A stretch of 64,000 nucleotides of DNA from the NCBI RefSeq assembly GCF_006345805.1, contig NW_021825710.1, forward strand, positions 1 through 64,000, written 5' to 3'. Source of the DNA: Octopus sinensis (Eukaryota). Positions 38,353 through 52,675 of this stretch are shown here, piece by piece. Every line of letters begins with the position of its first letter. The stretch's first letter is position 1. A program made the position numbers and the translations under genes. The notes under the pieces are model-generated. The model made no database searches, was not told where the DNA came from, and was given only the letters and a program-made list of their open reading frames with translations.

Positions 38353-41300
38353 TTAATCCAAACAAGAAAACACAGAAAAAACAGCAACGCGAGGACGTGG
38401 AACAATTAAAGTATTATTTGACGCTCAGGAAAGAAGGGAAAGAGGGTTTAACGTTTTGAGCGGAGCTCTTCGTCGGAAACAAGGAGAAGGAAAGATCCCA
38501 AGAAGGGAAGACAGAGGAAAAAGATATTTTTGCTGGTGGTGCTCAAGAGATCACATGTTGAAAGAACAGAAGTGGAGAGGTAGACGAATCATGATTTTTA
38601 AAAACAAGAGAGTTTCGAAAAAAGGAATGTGTGAGTGCGTGTGTGTGTGTGTGTGCAAGGATGACAAGTGTGTTTTGCGTGCGTGCGTGTGTGTGTGTGT
38701 ATGTATGGTGAATAAAACATGGCAAGTTAGCTGTCATAAGGCACTCCTTTATGACAGCTAGCTTGTTTGTATCCAGCCAGGTCAAAGCCAGGTCAAAAAA
38801 CAAAGGGGTATATATGTGTGTGCGTGTAAGTATATGTATCATGTGTGTGTTGTTTGTAGTGTGTGTGTGTGCATGTGTGTGTTCGTGTGTGTATGCGTAG
38901 AGTGTGGGTGTGTGACGAGTAACTGTTTAACCTAGTGTATGTGTGCGTGTGTGCTTGTACGTGCGTGCGTGTGTGTAGGGATGTATGTGTGGGTTCATTT
39001 GTGTGAGTGTGTATGTATGTACGTGTATGTGTGTGCATGTATGTGTGCGTTTGTATGTGTTTATGTGTATGTGTGCGTGCGCGGATAGGTGTATATTGTG
39101 TATGTATATCTGTCGGTGTGTGAGTTTGTGTGTGTTTGTACGTGTGTATGTGTGTGTGCGTGTATAGTATATATATGTAAATGTGTGTGTGTGTGTACGT
39201 GCGTGCGAGTGAATGTATGTATATATGTGTGCGTGTGTGTACAATGTAGAGGCTTATATGTGTGTTTATATGTTTATATGTGTGTATGTATGTATGGGTG
39301 TATGTGTGTATGTGTGTGTATGTGTATGTATGTATATGTATGCGTGTGTGTATGTATGTATGTGTGTATGTGTGTGTATATGTGTATGTATGCGTGTGTG
39401 TATGTGTGTATGTGTGTGTGTATGTATGTATGTATGTATGTATGTGTGTGTATGTATGTGTGTGTGTATGTATGTATGTACGTACGTATGTATGTATGTG
39501 TGTGTATGTGTGTAAGTGTGTGTGTATGTATGTATGTATGTATGTACGTATGTGTGTATGTATGTATTTATGCATGCGTGTATGTGTGTATGTGCGTGTG
39601 TGTACGTATGCATGTATATGTATGTGTGTGTATGTATGTATCTATGTATGTAGTGTATGTATGTGTGTGTGTATGTATGTATGTATGTCTGCATGCGTGT
39701 ATGTGTGTATGTGTGTGTGTGTATGTATATATATGTGTGTGTGTATGTGTATATATGTGTGTATGTATGTGCGTATGTATGTATGTATCTATGTGTGTGT
39801 ATGTGTGTGTGTATGTGTGTGTGTATGTGTGTGTATGTATGTATGTATGTATGTGTGTGTATGTATGTGTGTAAGTGTGTGTGTGTGTATCTACGTATGT
39901 ATGTACGTGTGTGTGTATGTATGTGTGTGTATGTATGTATGTGTGCGTGCGTGTGTGTGTATGTGTGTGTGTATGTGTGTGTGTATGTGTGTATGTATGT
40001 ATTTTATGTATATTTGTGTATGTATGTATCTATGTATGTATGTGGGTATGTATGTGTGTATATATGTATGTATGTGTGTATGTGTATGTATGTATATGTA
40101 TGTGTGTGTATATGTATGTATGTGTGTATGTGTGTATGTGTGTAAGTATGTATGTATGTATGTATGTATGTATGTGTGTGTATGTGTGTGTATGTATGTA
40201 CGGGTGTATGTGTGTAAGTGTGTGTGTGTATGTGTATGTGTATGTATGTATATATATGTACGCGTGTGTGTATGTATGTATGTGTGTATGTGTATGTGTG
40301 TATAGTATGTATGTGTATGTATGTATGTGTGCATGCGTGTATGTGTGCATGTGTGTGTCTGTATGTATGTATGTATATGTATGTGTGTGTGTATGTATAT
40401 ATGTGTCTATGTATGTATGTGTGTATGTATGTGTGTATGTATGTGTGTGTGCATGTATGTATGTGTGTATGTGTGTATGTGTGTGTGTGTATGTATGTAT
40501 ATGTATGCGTGTGTGTATGTAAGTATGTGTGTATGTATGTATGTATGTATGTATGTATGTATGTATGTATGTGTGTGTATGTCTGTGTCTATGTATGTTT
40601 GTATGTGTGTGTGTATGTATGTGTGTGTATGTATGTATGTAAGTGTGTGTGTGTATGTATGTGCGTATGTATGTGTGTGTATGTATGTGTATATATGTAT
40701 GTATGTGTGCATGCGTGTATGTGTGTATGTGCGTGTGTGTACGTATGTGTGTATATGTATATGTGTGTATGTATGTATATGTATGTGTGTGTGTATGTGT
40801 GTGTGTATGTGTGTATGTATCTATGTATGTGTGTATTCGTGTATGTGTGTGTGTATGTATGTATATATGTGTGTGTGTATGTGTGTATGTGTGTGTATGT
40901 GTGTATGTGTATGTGTGTGTGTGTATGTTTGTGTGAGTGTGTGTGTATGTGTGTATGTATGTGTGTATGTATGTATGTATGTATGTGTGTACGTGTGTGT
41001 ATGTATGTATGTATGTGTGTGTATGTATGTGTGCGTGCGTGTGTGGGTATGTGTGTGTGTATGTGTGTATGTATATGTATGTGTGTGTATGTATGTATGT
41101 ATGTGTGTATGTATGTGTGTGTGTGAATGTATGTCCGTGTGCATATGTGTATATGTGTGTATGTATGTGTGTATGTATGTATGTGTGTGTATGTATGTGT
41201 GTTTGTGTATGTATGTATGAATGTATGTATGCGTGTATGTGTATGTATGTATGTATGAATGTATCTATGTATGTATTATGTGTGTGTACGTATGTATGTG

Positions 41301-42510
41301 TGTGTGTGAATGTATGCGTGTGGGGGCGTTGGAGTTGTGTGGGCGTAAGGTACATGCGCGTGCTTGTGTGCGTGCGTGCGCTTTCGTGCGTGTATCTGTG
41401 CGTCTCAGCTAGGTGTGTATAGGAGTGTGCGTATCTGCATGTGTATTGTCCCTGGTGTATGTGCACGGGCATGTGTGTGCGTGTGCGTGGGGGGTGTGGG
41501 TGTGTGGGTGGGTGTATAGGTGTGGAAGTATGTGTGCGTACATGTGCATGTACGTTGTGTGTGTGTGGTGTGTTGGGAGTAGGTGTGTTCGTGGGTACGT
41601 GAGTATGTGTGTGTGTGTGACTGCATAAGGACAATTATAAAAATAAAAAAATATTAAAAAAAATAAATAATAATTAATAAATAATAAATAAAAAATAAAA
41701 AATAAAAAATAAAAGATGCTGGTGGGGAGAAGTGGAGCGCAGACACTAAGAGGAGGGGGTTGTGTTGAGTCCGTGTGGGGTTAGAGTCTGTAGAAGGAAT
41801 ATGAGCCGTTGCTCCAAGTGAAGCCTAGATTGTGGAGAGCCGTTGTGTGGGGCAAGACCAAACACCGAGATGTCATCGGGGGAATGGCTGGCCGAGCGGA
41901 AGTGACGTGCGACGGGAGAATGGAACCGTAGACGAACATCCCTCAGATGTTCGGTGAATCGGTCTGACAACCGGCGTCCCGTCTGTCCTATATACAGCAT
42001 TCCGCAGAGGTTGCATTTAATGTAGTATATGAGTCCAGACGAGGTGCACGTAAAAGAATGCCTGACACGTACAGTTCGCCGGTTGGAACCGGTGACAGCA
42101 GTGGTGTTGGTGATGAAGGGGCAGGTGTTGCAGCGGGATCTGGAGCACGGGAAGGATCCGAGTGGGGCCGAGGGGGAAGAAGGGAGGGTGCTACGGACCA
42201 GGAGGTCGCGTAGATTCCGGGCTCGTTTGAAGGAGGACAGGGGTGTGTTGGGGAAAATGGGGTGGGTCGTGGAATCGAGCTGGAGACGACGGAAGGCACG
42301 AAGTATCTTCCGACGAAGGGGTAGAGTAGAGCGGTGGAAAGGGAGGGGAAAGGGGGTGTGGTTGGGGGGTGATTGGAAGGAGAAAGGCCGGTGGTGCGGT
42401 CGATGCGACGAGCGCGGGCGAGGGCGTTCAAGACCAGGGTAGGTGGGTATCCTCGAAGCCTGAACAGGCGGGCCAGGTATTGAGACTGGGTCTCGAAATC
42501 CTGGTCGCGG
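38350..42510 (-). mobile_element. 5'-truncated Penelope-like element: RT thumb plus GIY-YIG, then about 3.3-kb microsatellite-like 3' UTR with terminal hammerhead
   Basis: RDQDFETQSQYLARLFRLRGYPPTLVLNALARAR; LYIGQTGRRLSDRFTEHLRDVR...VARHF...EQRLIFLLQTLTPHGLN (41746-42000); tail homologous to 2285-3250. Confidence 0.8.
38446..38480 (-). ncRNA. Hammerhead-like motif (same family as 3118-3152), G12A-mutated
   Basis: gttt-CCGACGA-a-gagc tcc gctc-AAAAC-GTT-aaac. Confidence 0.5.
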
Positions 42511-42644
42511 ATATATATATATATATATATATTAATTTAAATTAACAATTGAGGATAAAATCTTTAGAAGAAATTATCAGTAGTCAGCGTGAAAAACCTC
42601 GTAAGAGAAAAAATCCGTAAATTCTTCCTCTTTGAAAATATTCA

Positions 42645-43188
42645 TTTATATTATATTGAGGGTACTACTATTCGTAGATACCAACACGCTAAGAGGGACC
42701 AATGCGGTCAAAACTACTAAAAATAAACAAAATTTTACCGAATGCAAAACTTCAAAACACATCATTTTAAAAAAGAATTCAGTTACATATCACATGTGAT
42801 TTCGCATTTAATGCAGAATATGCATTTCATGTTCGTCAGTGCAACAAACTCAAGAAATATAAGAAAAAACAACATTACAAACTCGATAGCCAACCGTAGA
42901 ATTCGTCGTAGCTTGTACGAATGTTTATCCTTACATATCTATGAAAATGGCGGGCTTTTTCGCAATGCATTTCGGTAACAAATTACCTAGTCGGAATAAA
43001 AATTCAGTATTGAACTATTCCGGTGAAAAATATAAATCACATGTGATATGTAACTGAATTCTTTTTTAAAATGATGTGTTTTGAAGTTTTGCATTCGGTA
43101 AAATTTTGTTTATTTTTAGTAGTTTTGACCGCATTGGTCCCTCTTAGCGTGTTGGTATCTATGAATAGAAGTACCCTCAATATAATAT

Positions 43189-43191
<3 letters not shown>
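42645..43191. repeat. Fold-back: about 158-bp inverted arms (42645-42802 and 43034-43191)
   Basis: tttatattatattgagggtac...catgtgattt and its reverse complement; ends in (TA)n. Confidence 0.9.
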
Positions 43192-43229
<38 letters not shown>

Positions 43230-43439
43230 CTATCAGAATTGCTTAATACTTTTTTGAAGTGTAAAGGTAATTACTTTTTAAAATTATTTTTGGGAGAAAT
43301 GTTATGAAATCTTTTATCAGGGTGTTACAAACCTTTTTGGGGAAGTTTTTTTTTCTTTTTACTTGTGTGTCAAACACACTTATAGAGGAAAATGGTAGCG
43401 GTAGTATAAATTATTTCCGGTTTATTTTCTAACTTATGG

Positions 43440-44560
<1,121 letters not shown>

Positions 44561-47500
44561 TAGCGTAAATAATTTTGACGTTTTTCACCGATTTTTTTAT
44601 ATAGGTAAGACATCGATATTTTGTTAAACATACTGAATTCCGATGAGAATTTTAACAATCACCGATTCACTTTAATTATATTCATGAATTATAATTATAA
44701 TCCAAAGTCATATTCTTGGATATGTTATATTCTTGTTAGAAACAAAACTCACAAAAAAGTTTAACAAAGTTTAGTCTCATTTACAACAACTAAGAAAATG
44801 TATATACAGTTAAAGTATAGCATGTGTTAATATATGGTTAAAGTTACTTCTTTGCCTATTCATTTACTTCTAACCCACAAGTTGGATATAGGAGAATGAA
44901 AAGAAATAACTTCCATAGTCAGAGAAGAAAAAACTTCGAAATATCGTAATGTTGTTCTATTTAAAGCCGGCAATGAAAGAATGATTTCTACCCTACTTTA
45001 TCAACATAATCAAAAAACAATGATTGCAACAACTAAAAGTAAAACATAAATGTCAACTTTGATTGAGAATAGATGTAGTTACAACATACAGGTTACTTTG
45101 GTGAGAGTTCAAGTGTATAAGGTACAAGGCATAAGGTCAGTCTAAACAGCCTTTGAATATCGCATTGTATCACTCGGCCAACACCTGCTGAATAGTAAAG
45201 AAAGAAATTAGTATATTCCACGCATACTCAAATGTGAGAGCAACAACATCTTCAGAGTTGGAGAACTACTGCGCAGGTACTCTGAGAATACAACTGTCTC
45301 ATACGACCTGAAGGAGGCTGGATTGGAAGCTTAGAGGAGAAGCAGGCATCATACCAAAAAAATCAATGCATGGGTACATAACCAATAAGCTATACGGCAA
45401 CAACAGCATTGACAGGAAGAGTAGCCACTCCTGGACCTGTTTTTGCGAACGATCAACCTTAATGTAGACATGCGCTATATATCTATACACTCTGTTTGTT
45501 AGACAATGGAAGACAAGGATTTTAATGAGCTGCATATTCGGTATTGCATGTTCCACAAATTTTATAAGAGCAACAGGGCAACAAGTGTAAGAGAAAAACA
45601 TACGTAGTATATCTCCCGATGGTGTGAGTGTTCGGAAAAATCAAAAGTGGCTTAACAAATTTAAAAACAGTGATTTCGAATTGTTTCGATGGGTATCAAT
45701 CAAGACCAACAGTTCTCAATAATTTGAAGAGGATCCACATCAAAGTATCAAGGACTTATGGCGACTTAATAAATCTCGGTTCACAGTACAAGATCATTTC
45801 AGATAAGAAGAAAATAATATGTTCGACAATTTGCTAAACAGGAATGAAAGAAACACCTTTTCTGAATTGAATTGCCAACAATAAACATATTGCCAAATGA
45901 AAGTCCAGTTTCAGCACCCAAACCAGATCTACACCCAAAGAAAATTTTGTTATACATTTGGTGCACGATAATTGTGTGTGCGTGTATGTGTGTATGCATG
46001 CACGCGCGCGCGCGCATATATACATTCATACGTGTGTATTAAATTTTTGAAATTAATATTATTACAACTTCTAGAGTAGTGTTTCCTTTAATTTCCATAG
46101 CAACTTAGCAACTTTTGTTAGTGTATTGGTGTTCTTCAGTTTTCTATAGCAGGATCTATAATTGCATGTGCATAGAACAAGAGAACAATGAATGGAAGTC
46201 TCACTTATTCAATGAAAACGTTTAAAGTATGAGTTTACGAGAATATCTTTGTTGTACGCTCGTCAACGTGTAGATATGCTTTCAAACATCCAAATATTTC
46301 CAAGATTTCCATCTAAAGACGTTGAGTCACTTGCAACAGACTTGCGTCGATACATCCATTACGCACCATGCATGTATATACTCATGTGGGAAGATATATA
46401 AATATAGATGCATACATTTATTGGTATGTAAGCATATGCAGTTTTATTGAAATAACCAGATAAAAACAAATACTACAATAACAATACAGTTATAAAATTG
46501 CACCCATGTAAAGATTTTAAGAAAGAAAACAACCTTAGACTAAGCAATTCATTTCTAGCTTATATCGTTTAAATATGTTTTATGTTTAAGTTGTTGAACC
46601 AAATTTCTGTTAATTTTTAATATAACAATAAAAATTCATTCATAATACTTGCCTAATTTTTAATGAATTGTTTTTAATCATTTTTATTTTATAGATTTAT
46701 ATTTTTGAAAGTCTAGAAAATGTTTTAATCCATTTAAAAAAAAACATTTTGATTTTGTCGTTGAAACAGTGGTGGCTGATGTCGGTTTAACATGGATGCT
46801 GATGATAGTGGTGGTGGTGGTGGTGGTGGTGGTGAAAATTATGGTACTGTTACTGGCTTTACTTCCTTAGTAATTTATTAGGATATCAATTCAAATTGCA
46901 AACCAATTGAAAATTAATTGTTTAAGCTGATAAAATCGTCTTTATAGCCCACTAGTGTCCCTGGAAATGGGATTTTTAAAAAATAATTATAGATTTATTT
47001 GGAAAAACTGGATTCGCGTAGAACATAAGAACGAGATGTTTCATATTTTTAAAAAATAGCAAATTTAATCAAAATATTTCATTGGAGATTTTTAGTTGTT
47101 CCAATTATAAATTGAGATTGTGTTATAGAGCTTCTCAAATGAAAACATGACCTGGCCCTCTGGCTCATTCGACGAGAGAAGTTTCAAAACAAATATCTAT
47201 TGGAAAGGCAATATGAAGAAAGGGTTAAGTTTAAAGAAAAAATGAAATAAACAAGATTTCTTGTTAGATATTTAAAGAATGTTATCGTTCGATGAATATA
47301 GGATTCGGGTATATGAAGTGAATTGTTCAGCGTTTTGAAGTATTGAAGCTAACTCCCAGAAATCATTGTTTCCTTGAGCATGGATATGCGAACGACGGTT
47401 TGGTTAACATGAAGAAAAGACAATATTTTATTTGCTTTGCCTTTTGCATTTAGTTTTAGTTAATAACTGAAATGTTACCAATATAAAAAATAATATCTAA

Positions 47501-47575
47501 AAATGCAGAAGAATGCCGAATTATGAACGTTAAAGAGGAGTAAAGAATGCATCATCTGTATATATATGTGTGTGT

Positions 47576-47659
<84 letters not shown>

Positions 47660-47662
<3 letters not shown>

Positions 47663-49650
47663 AATGGTGGGCACGGTTCCACTAATCTTCTGACAGCTAA
47701 TTAGCAAAGCTAACTTCTCGTTTAGCGGATTAGCGTTTTCGCTAACTTTGGAAACCGTTAGCAGGCCAAATAGCTTCCGCTAAATTTAGTTCCGCTAACT
47801 TTAAGTCCGCTGACAAAATTCATACGTTTGTTCCTGTCTGTTGTGGGCGTGTCTCGAAGAGTCCGTCATGTACGCTATTGGCTGACTACGTAAATACGTG
47901 ATTGGCCGACGTAGCAGCAGCTAGCTGAGCAGCATTGTGTAATTCTACAGTTTTTAGTTATGTTTACTTACGACGTTGTCACATAACAGACAGTCTTACA
48001 GTGTCAGCGACAGCAGTGTACATCATCGGCTTATCAAGTTATCGCTTATCGTTATGGAAGGTGAAGACGTTTTTCTTTGGCCTGAGGATGAAGGGCTTTT
48101 GAGGAGTCTGCAATGACTGTGAGTGAGGCAGAGGTCGCTCAGGTTGAGAGCCAGAACTTGTGGCCCCATAAGGAGGACTACTTTGTCCTTACGTAAAGGG
48201 ATTAGAGGAACGCCAAAATCCTGTACTTCCGGTGCGTCATGTGCCAGCCCAAGGAGTTCACCATCAAGGGACAAGCAGCGAGCCTTTACAACTTGAAGTC
48301 ACATGTCAAGAAGAAACACCCAGCGCATGCCAGTTTGAAGACAGGATCATGTCCGGGTCTTCTAGTGGAAAACACATACAATCTTCTGGTAGCAGTGCCA
48401 GTAGCCAGTCGTCGCAGCCATGTACAAAGGAAGCCCGCCAGCCCAGCATTGGTAAGGCCTTTGCCCAAACTGCTGGCACTGGCGTTCGTCAGTCTACTGT
48501 GGACAGAAGGATTGTAGACCTATTTGCAGACAACATGCTACCGCCGCATGTAGTGGAGTCCTCCACCTTGGTCGGCTTGATCAAGACGCTGAACCCCAGC
48601 AAGACGTCAGTGTCCCGCCACACTCTGGGCAGGATGATCTTGGCCAGCCATAAACAGCTGGAGAAGTATCTTACAAGGTATTTATAAATCTAAATTATAC
48701 AGGATTATTAAATTATCATGGCGTACTTCATATTTTCTTAATTTAATTATATATATTCCACTCATGATTAAGTCTGCACAGCCAAAACAGCAACCTTTTA
48801 TGAAATAACGAATAAACGAACCTTAAGTTCTGAACTTATCAAATTCCGACCATCATTTCATCCCTTATCGCAGTTATTCATCACCCCTAACGTGTCACCT
48901 ATCAGGTGTCACTATTTTTAGTGTCACTATTTTCAAAAGTTTAATAACAAGGCTTTAAATTATAAGCAATATTTCCATGAATTTTTAACAACAAATGTTA
49001 AACTACAATCTGTGTGATTTCTATAAACAGAATATGGTTATAAGATACTGCGATCAAATGTCCTGCCACATTCCTATCCGTGAAAAATTGTGCAAACCAC
49101 ATGCTCACAAAAACCATTGCAGCCTGCATGGGGATGCGGATGAGAGGCTAGTTTGTTTGTTTTCTGTTTTTTTTTTTGTTTTTTGACATAATATTCACAG
49201 GGTGAGTTGGCCTCTACCAGCTGTGATGATACATACAAAATTAGCATGCTAATCTAATGAATCTCGCTCAGAGTGAGGAGGGTTTTCTCTCCGGTCAATA
49301 CAAAGAGACCATATGCTTCTGTGGCTAAGGAGTCAACGACACCAATTTCAAGCAATGCTGGTGCTCACTGCACTTTTGTCGCTCTTAGTGACGCTGAATT
49401 ATTTCTTTGCTGCTAACCACCTTGATTATATATATATATATATATTCTTTACTTTCTTTTATTTGTTTCAGTCATTTTACTGCGGCCATGCTGGAGCACC
49501 GCCTTTATTCGAACAAATCGACCCCAGGTCTTATTCTTTGTAAGCTTAGTACTTATTCTATCGGTCACTTTTTCCGAACCGCTCAGTTACGGGGACATAA
49601 ACACACCAACATCTGTTGTCAAGCGATGTGGGGGACAAACACAGACACAC

Positions 49651-49704
<54 letters not shown>

Positions 49705-51110
49705 ACATATATAAATATATATAATTTTAAGCTTTTAACTTTACAACTTATGCCTATTGCAATTTAAAATTTTTTAATTACAGAATGCTTCACAGGCCCT
49801 ACTTGGGGATGACGGCACACTGATTGGACTCCAAGACCCGCACGAGACAACTCGCCGTCCTGGTCTGCTCTCGGTTCAGAGAACACCTTTGATGTTCTCG
49901 CCCAGGCCAAGAGGGACAACCATTACAAGTTCCATCTGCAAGACAAGGTGACTAGGACCATAACGAACAACGGCAAAAACTTTGTTAAGGCATTGGTACT
50001 GAACGTGGATCCCGAGGCTGGGATGTGGACAAGGTTGAGTACATCTCTGCTGATGCCATCCTTGATGAGTCCAGCGGCCTGGGCCTAAACCTGCCAGTGC
50101 ACATGAAGTGCGCACTCCATACTTTTAACTTGGTAGCCATCGTGGATGCCGGCAAGGCTTTTGACAGCGCTTCGTTCAAGTCGGCCTAGAGGAAGGCCAT
50201 GTCCAAGGCACAGCAGCTGCGGAATCTGTAGAGTTGCAATACCATGGCGGCAGACAGCATTCTGGACGCGTTGAAGAGGAAGCTGGTGGTTCCCAAAAGT
50301 ACCAGATGGAACTCTACCAATGGCTCTGTTGTTATCCTCAACAACCTGCTGGAGGAGAATAGAGGATCTGTCCACAGGGTGATGACACAGCTGAAGCTTC
50401 AGACCTTCACTGACTCTGATGTCGGCTTCCTGATAGAGTACGCCTAGGTGATGTCTAATGTTTCCAAGGGGAGGACCAGGATTATTTCGGGAGCCTTCTG
50501 CCAACTGTAGCGGCTAACGTCATGAAGTCGAAGGAGGCCAAGTTCAAACATCTCCTATACTGCAGTCCTCTGGTATGCACGATACTGGCAGGCATGCAAG
50601 CACCACGAAAAGGTTTGGGCTCCTCCTAGAAGACCTGGTGTGCCAGCTGGCCGCTACCTTCCACGCCAAAGTTCTCCTGTTCTGGCTGGAGCAGTATAAT
50701 AACGGCCAGGTTAGCAGAGTAACGAACGCCATGGAGACCGTCGTTGAGACAGCCCTAAAGGATGAGGAAAATGATTTCTTCAGCAACATCACTCGGTTCC
50801 GGGAGAGCAGGAGCCAGAGGTTACTGAAATCCAAGGCGCAGAACTTGATAAAGACCTGGCTAGAGGCCGTCTCGAAAGAGAACCTTCTGAAGTCGCCTTT
50901 TTTTGTTGAGCAGGTCTTGATCGACCGGTTCACCAAGTATAACACCGCCATCCCATCCAGTGCTGCAGTTGAGTGCTTATTCTCTATAGGTAAAGATATT
51001 TTGAGGGCCAAGAGAGCCATCCTGTCAGGTGATAACTTTGAGAGATATTTATGAAGGGCAACCAGCATCACGTCGAGGCGATGGAGAAGGCCCAGTCAGA
51101 GTAGTACATC
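47660..51110 (+). mobile_element. hAT (Ac-like) transposon with BED finger, decayed; right terminus not found
   Basis: Left end caatggtgggcacggttcc with repeated cgcta motifs; BED FRCVMCQPK...NLKSHVKKKHP; YLGMTAH*LD; VTRTITNNGKNFVKAL; MKCALHTFNL; KSTRWNS; YNTAIPSSAAVECLFSIG. Confidence 0.9.
49455..49705. mobile_element. SINE-like interspersed repeat with (CA)n tail inside the hAT
   Basis: tttcagtcattttactgcggccatgctggagcacc...gaaccgctcagttacggggacataaacacacc; recognised as an octopus-type repeat from recall only. Confidence 0.55.
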
Positions 51111-51333
51111 TTGATCATCATCTGATCTTGGCATGCTATACCTTTTTGATACAACATGGAAGATACAACATGGAAATTTCAGCTCTGTAAGTCTGTTTTT
51201 AGGGGTTTTATAGCCCCCCACCCCCCCAAAAAAAACGAAACTACAGTTCTATATTTAAGAGATGAGGAATTATGTACATTATTTACATTATTTACATTCG
51301 ACGGATATTTGTCCTCATCTTGTTTGTTGTGTT

Positions 51334-51379
51334 AACACAACGTTTCGGCTGATATACCCGCCAGCCTTCTTCAGGTGTC
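51334..51379 (-). ncRNA. Type I hammerhead motif, canonical CUGAAGA core
   Basis: gacac-CTGAAGA-a-ggctg gcgggtatat cagcc-GAAAC-GTT-gtgtt; 5' half repeated inverted at ~52615-52645. Confidence 0.7.
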
Positions 51380-51472
51380 TTGGGGAAATTTCGAACATGG
51401 GTTCTCGTTCCTAAGATATTTTTCGATGTTGTTATTATTATTATTATTGTTATTATTCATATAACGTTGTGG

Positions 51473-51531
51473 TTAAGAGCGCGGGCTTCTAACCCCAAGA
51501 TTCCGAGTTCGATTCCCAAGCAGTGACCTGA
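51473..51531 (+). mobile_element. Short tRNA-like SINE head running into (AAT)n
   Basis: gtggttaagagcgcgggcttctaaccccaagattccgagttcgattccc (A- and B-box-like); not a complete tRNA. Confidence 0.6.
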
Positions 51532-51539
51532 ACAATAAC

Positions 51540-51615
<76 letters not shown>

Positions 51616-51636
51616 TAATAATAATAATAATAATAA

Positions 51637-52380
51637 ATTGTCTCCAAATACAGTCTTCTAGCGCCTACAGAGTACCTCAGTAGGCATAATAGAGCTGCAC
51701 AATATATTCACTGGGTAATTTGCAAAAACCTGGATTTGCCCCATGAAAAAAACTGGTGGGAACACAATCCACCTCCTGTGCTTGAAAATGACCACATCTC
51801 ACTCCTCTGGAACTTCACCATTCAAACTGACAGGAAGATAGATGCAAATAGGCCAGACATTATATTGAAAGACTTCAGACAAAGAACATGCCTCCTCATT
51901 GATATGACTGTCCCAATCGATATAAACGTATCTGTCAAGACCTACCAAAAACTGAGCAAATATAAAGATCTTGAAATAGAAATCAGCAAAATGTGGAAGC
52001 TGAAGACTAAAACAATACCTGTTGTCATAGGTGCCCTGGGAATGATAGCGAAAGGGACTGATTGCTACCTAACTCAGATAACAGGAAACCCCAAAATGGC
52101 AGAAATTCAAAAGATAGTGCTCATGGGAACTGCTCATATCCTACGCAAAATACTCTCTATGTAATCCCAAGGTTTAAAACAAACTTTTTTTATTTTTTAT
52201 TTTTTTTATTTTTATTTTTTTAAATATTTATTTATTTTTTATTTTTATGTATTAGACATTCATTAGTACAACACCAAAAAAAAACCCAAATATATGGCAC
52301 AGAACTTGAGGTTGTCTCTTGAGGTCTCTGGGTGAGACTTGGAGCCAACTTGTACAGACATAAAGCAAAAGTCAAACATA
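51637..52380 (+). mobile_element. 5'-truncated R4/Dong-like REL LINE inserted in (TAA)n
   Basis: LLAPTEYLSRHNRAAQYIHW...SLLWNFTIQTDRKIDANRPDII...LLIDMTVP...KLSKYKDL...IPVVIGALG; (AAT)n at 51533-51636 and 52382-52570. Confidence 0.85.
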
Positions 52381-52463
52381 GAATAATAATAATAATAATA
52401 ATATAATAATAATAATATAATAATAATATATAATAATAATAATAATAACAATAATAATAATAA

Positions 52464-52509
<46 letters not shown>

Positions 52510-52520
52510 TAATAATAATA

Positions 52521-52573
<53 letters not shown>

Positions 52574-52643
52574 TTAAAAAATACCTTAGGAATGAGAACG
52601 CAGGTTCGAAATTTCCCCAAGACACCTGAAGAAGACTGGAGGG

Positions 52644-52668
<25 letters not shown>

Positions 52669-52675
<7 letters not shown>

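Noticed and set aside
38793-41634. Overlapping long ORFs (up to 534 aa) on both strands
   Set aside because: Same microsatellite artefact.
45299-45601. 100-aa minus-strand ORF with a hydrophobic stretch
   Set aside because: No recognisable family and weak splice context; within chance expectation.
51473-51531. tRNA gene
   Set aside because: Only A/B-box-like portions are present, with no acceptor stem, and it runs into (AAT)n; treated as a SINE head. The same applies to 59950-60021.
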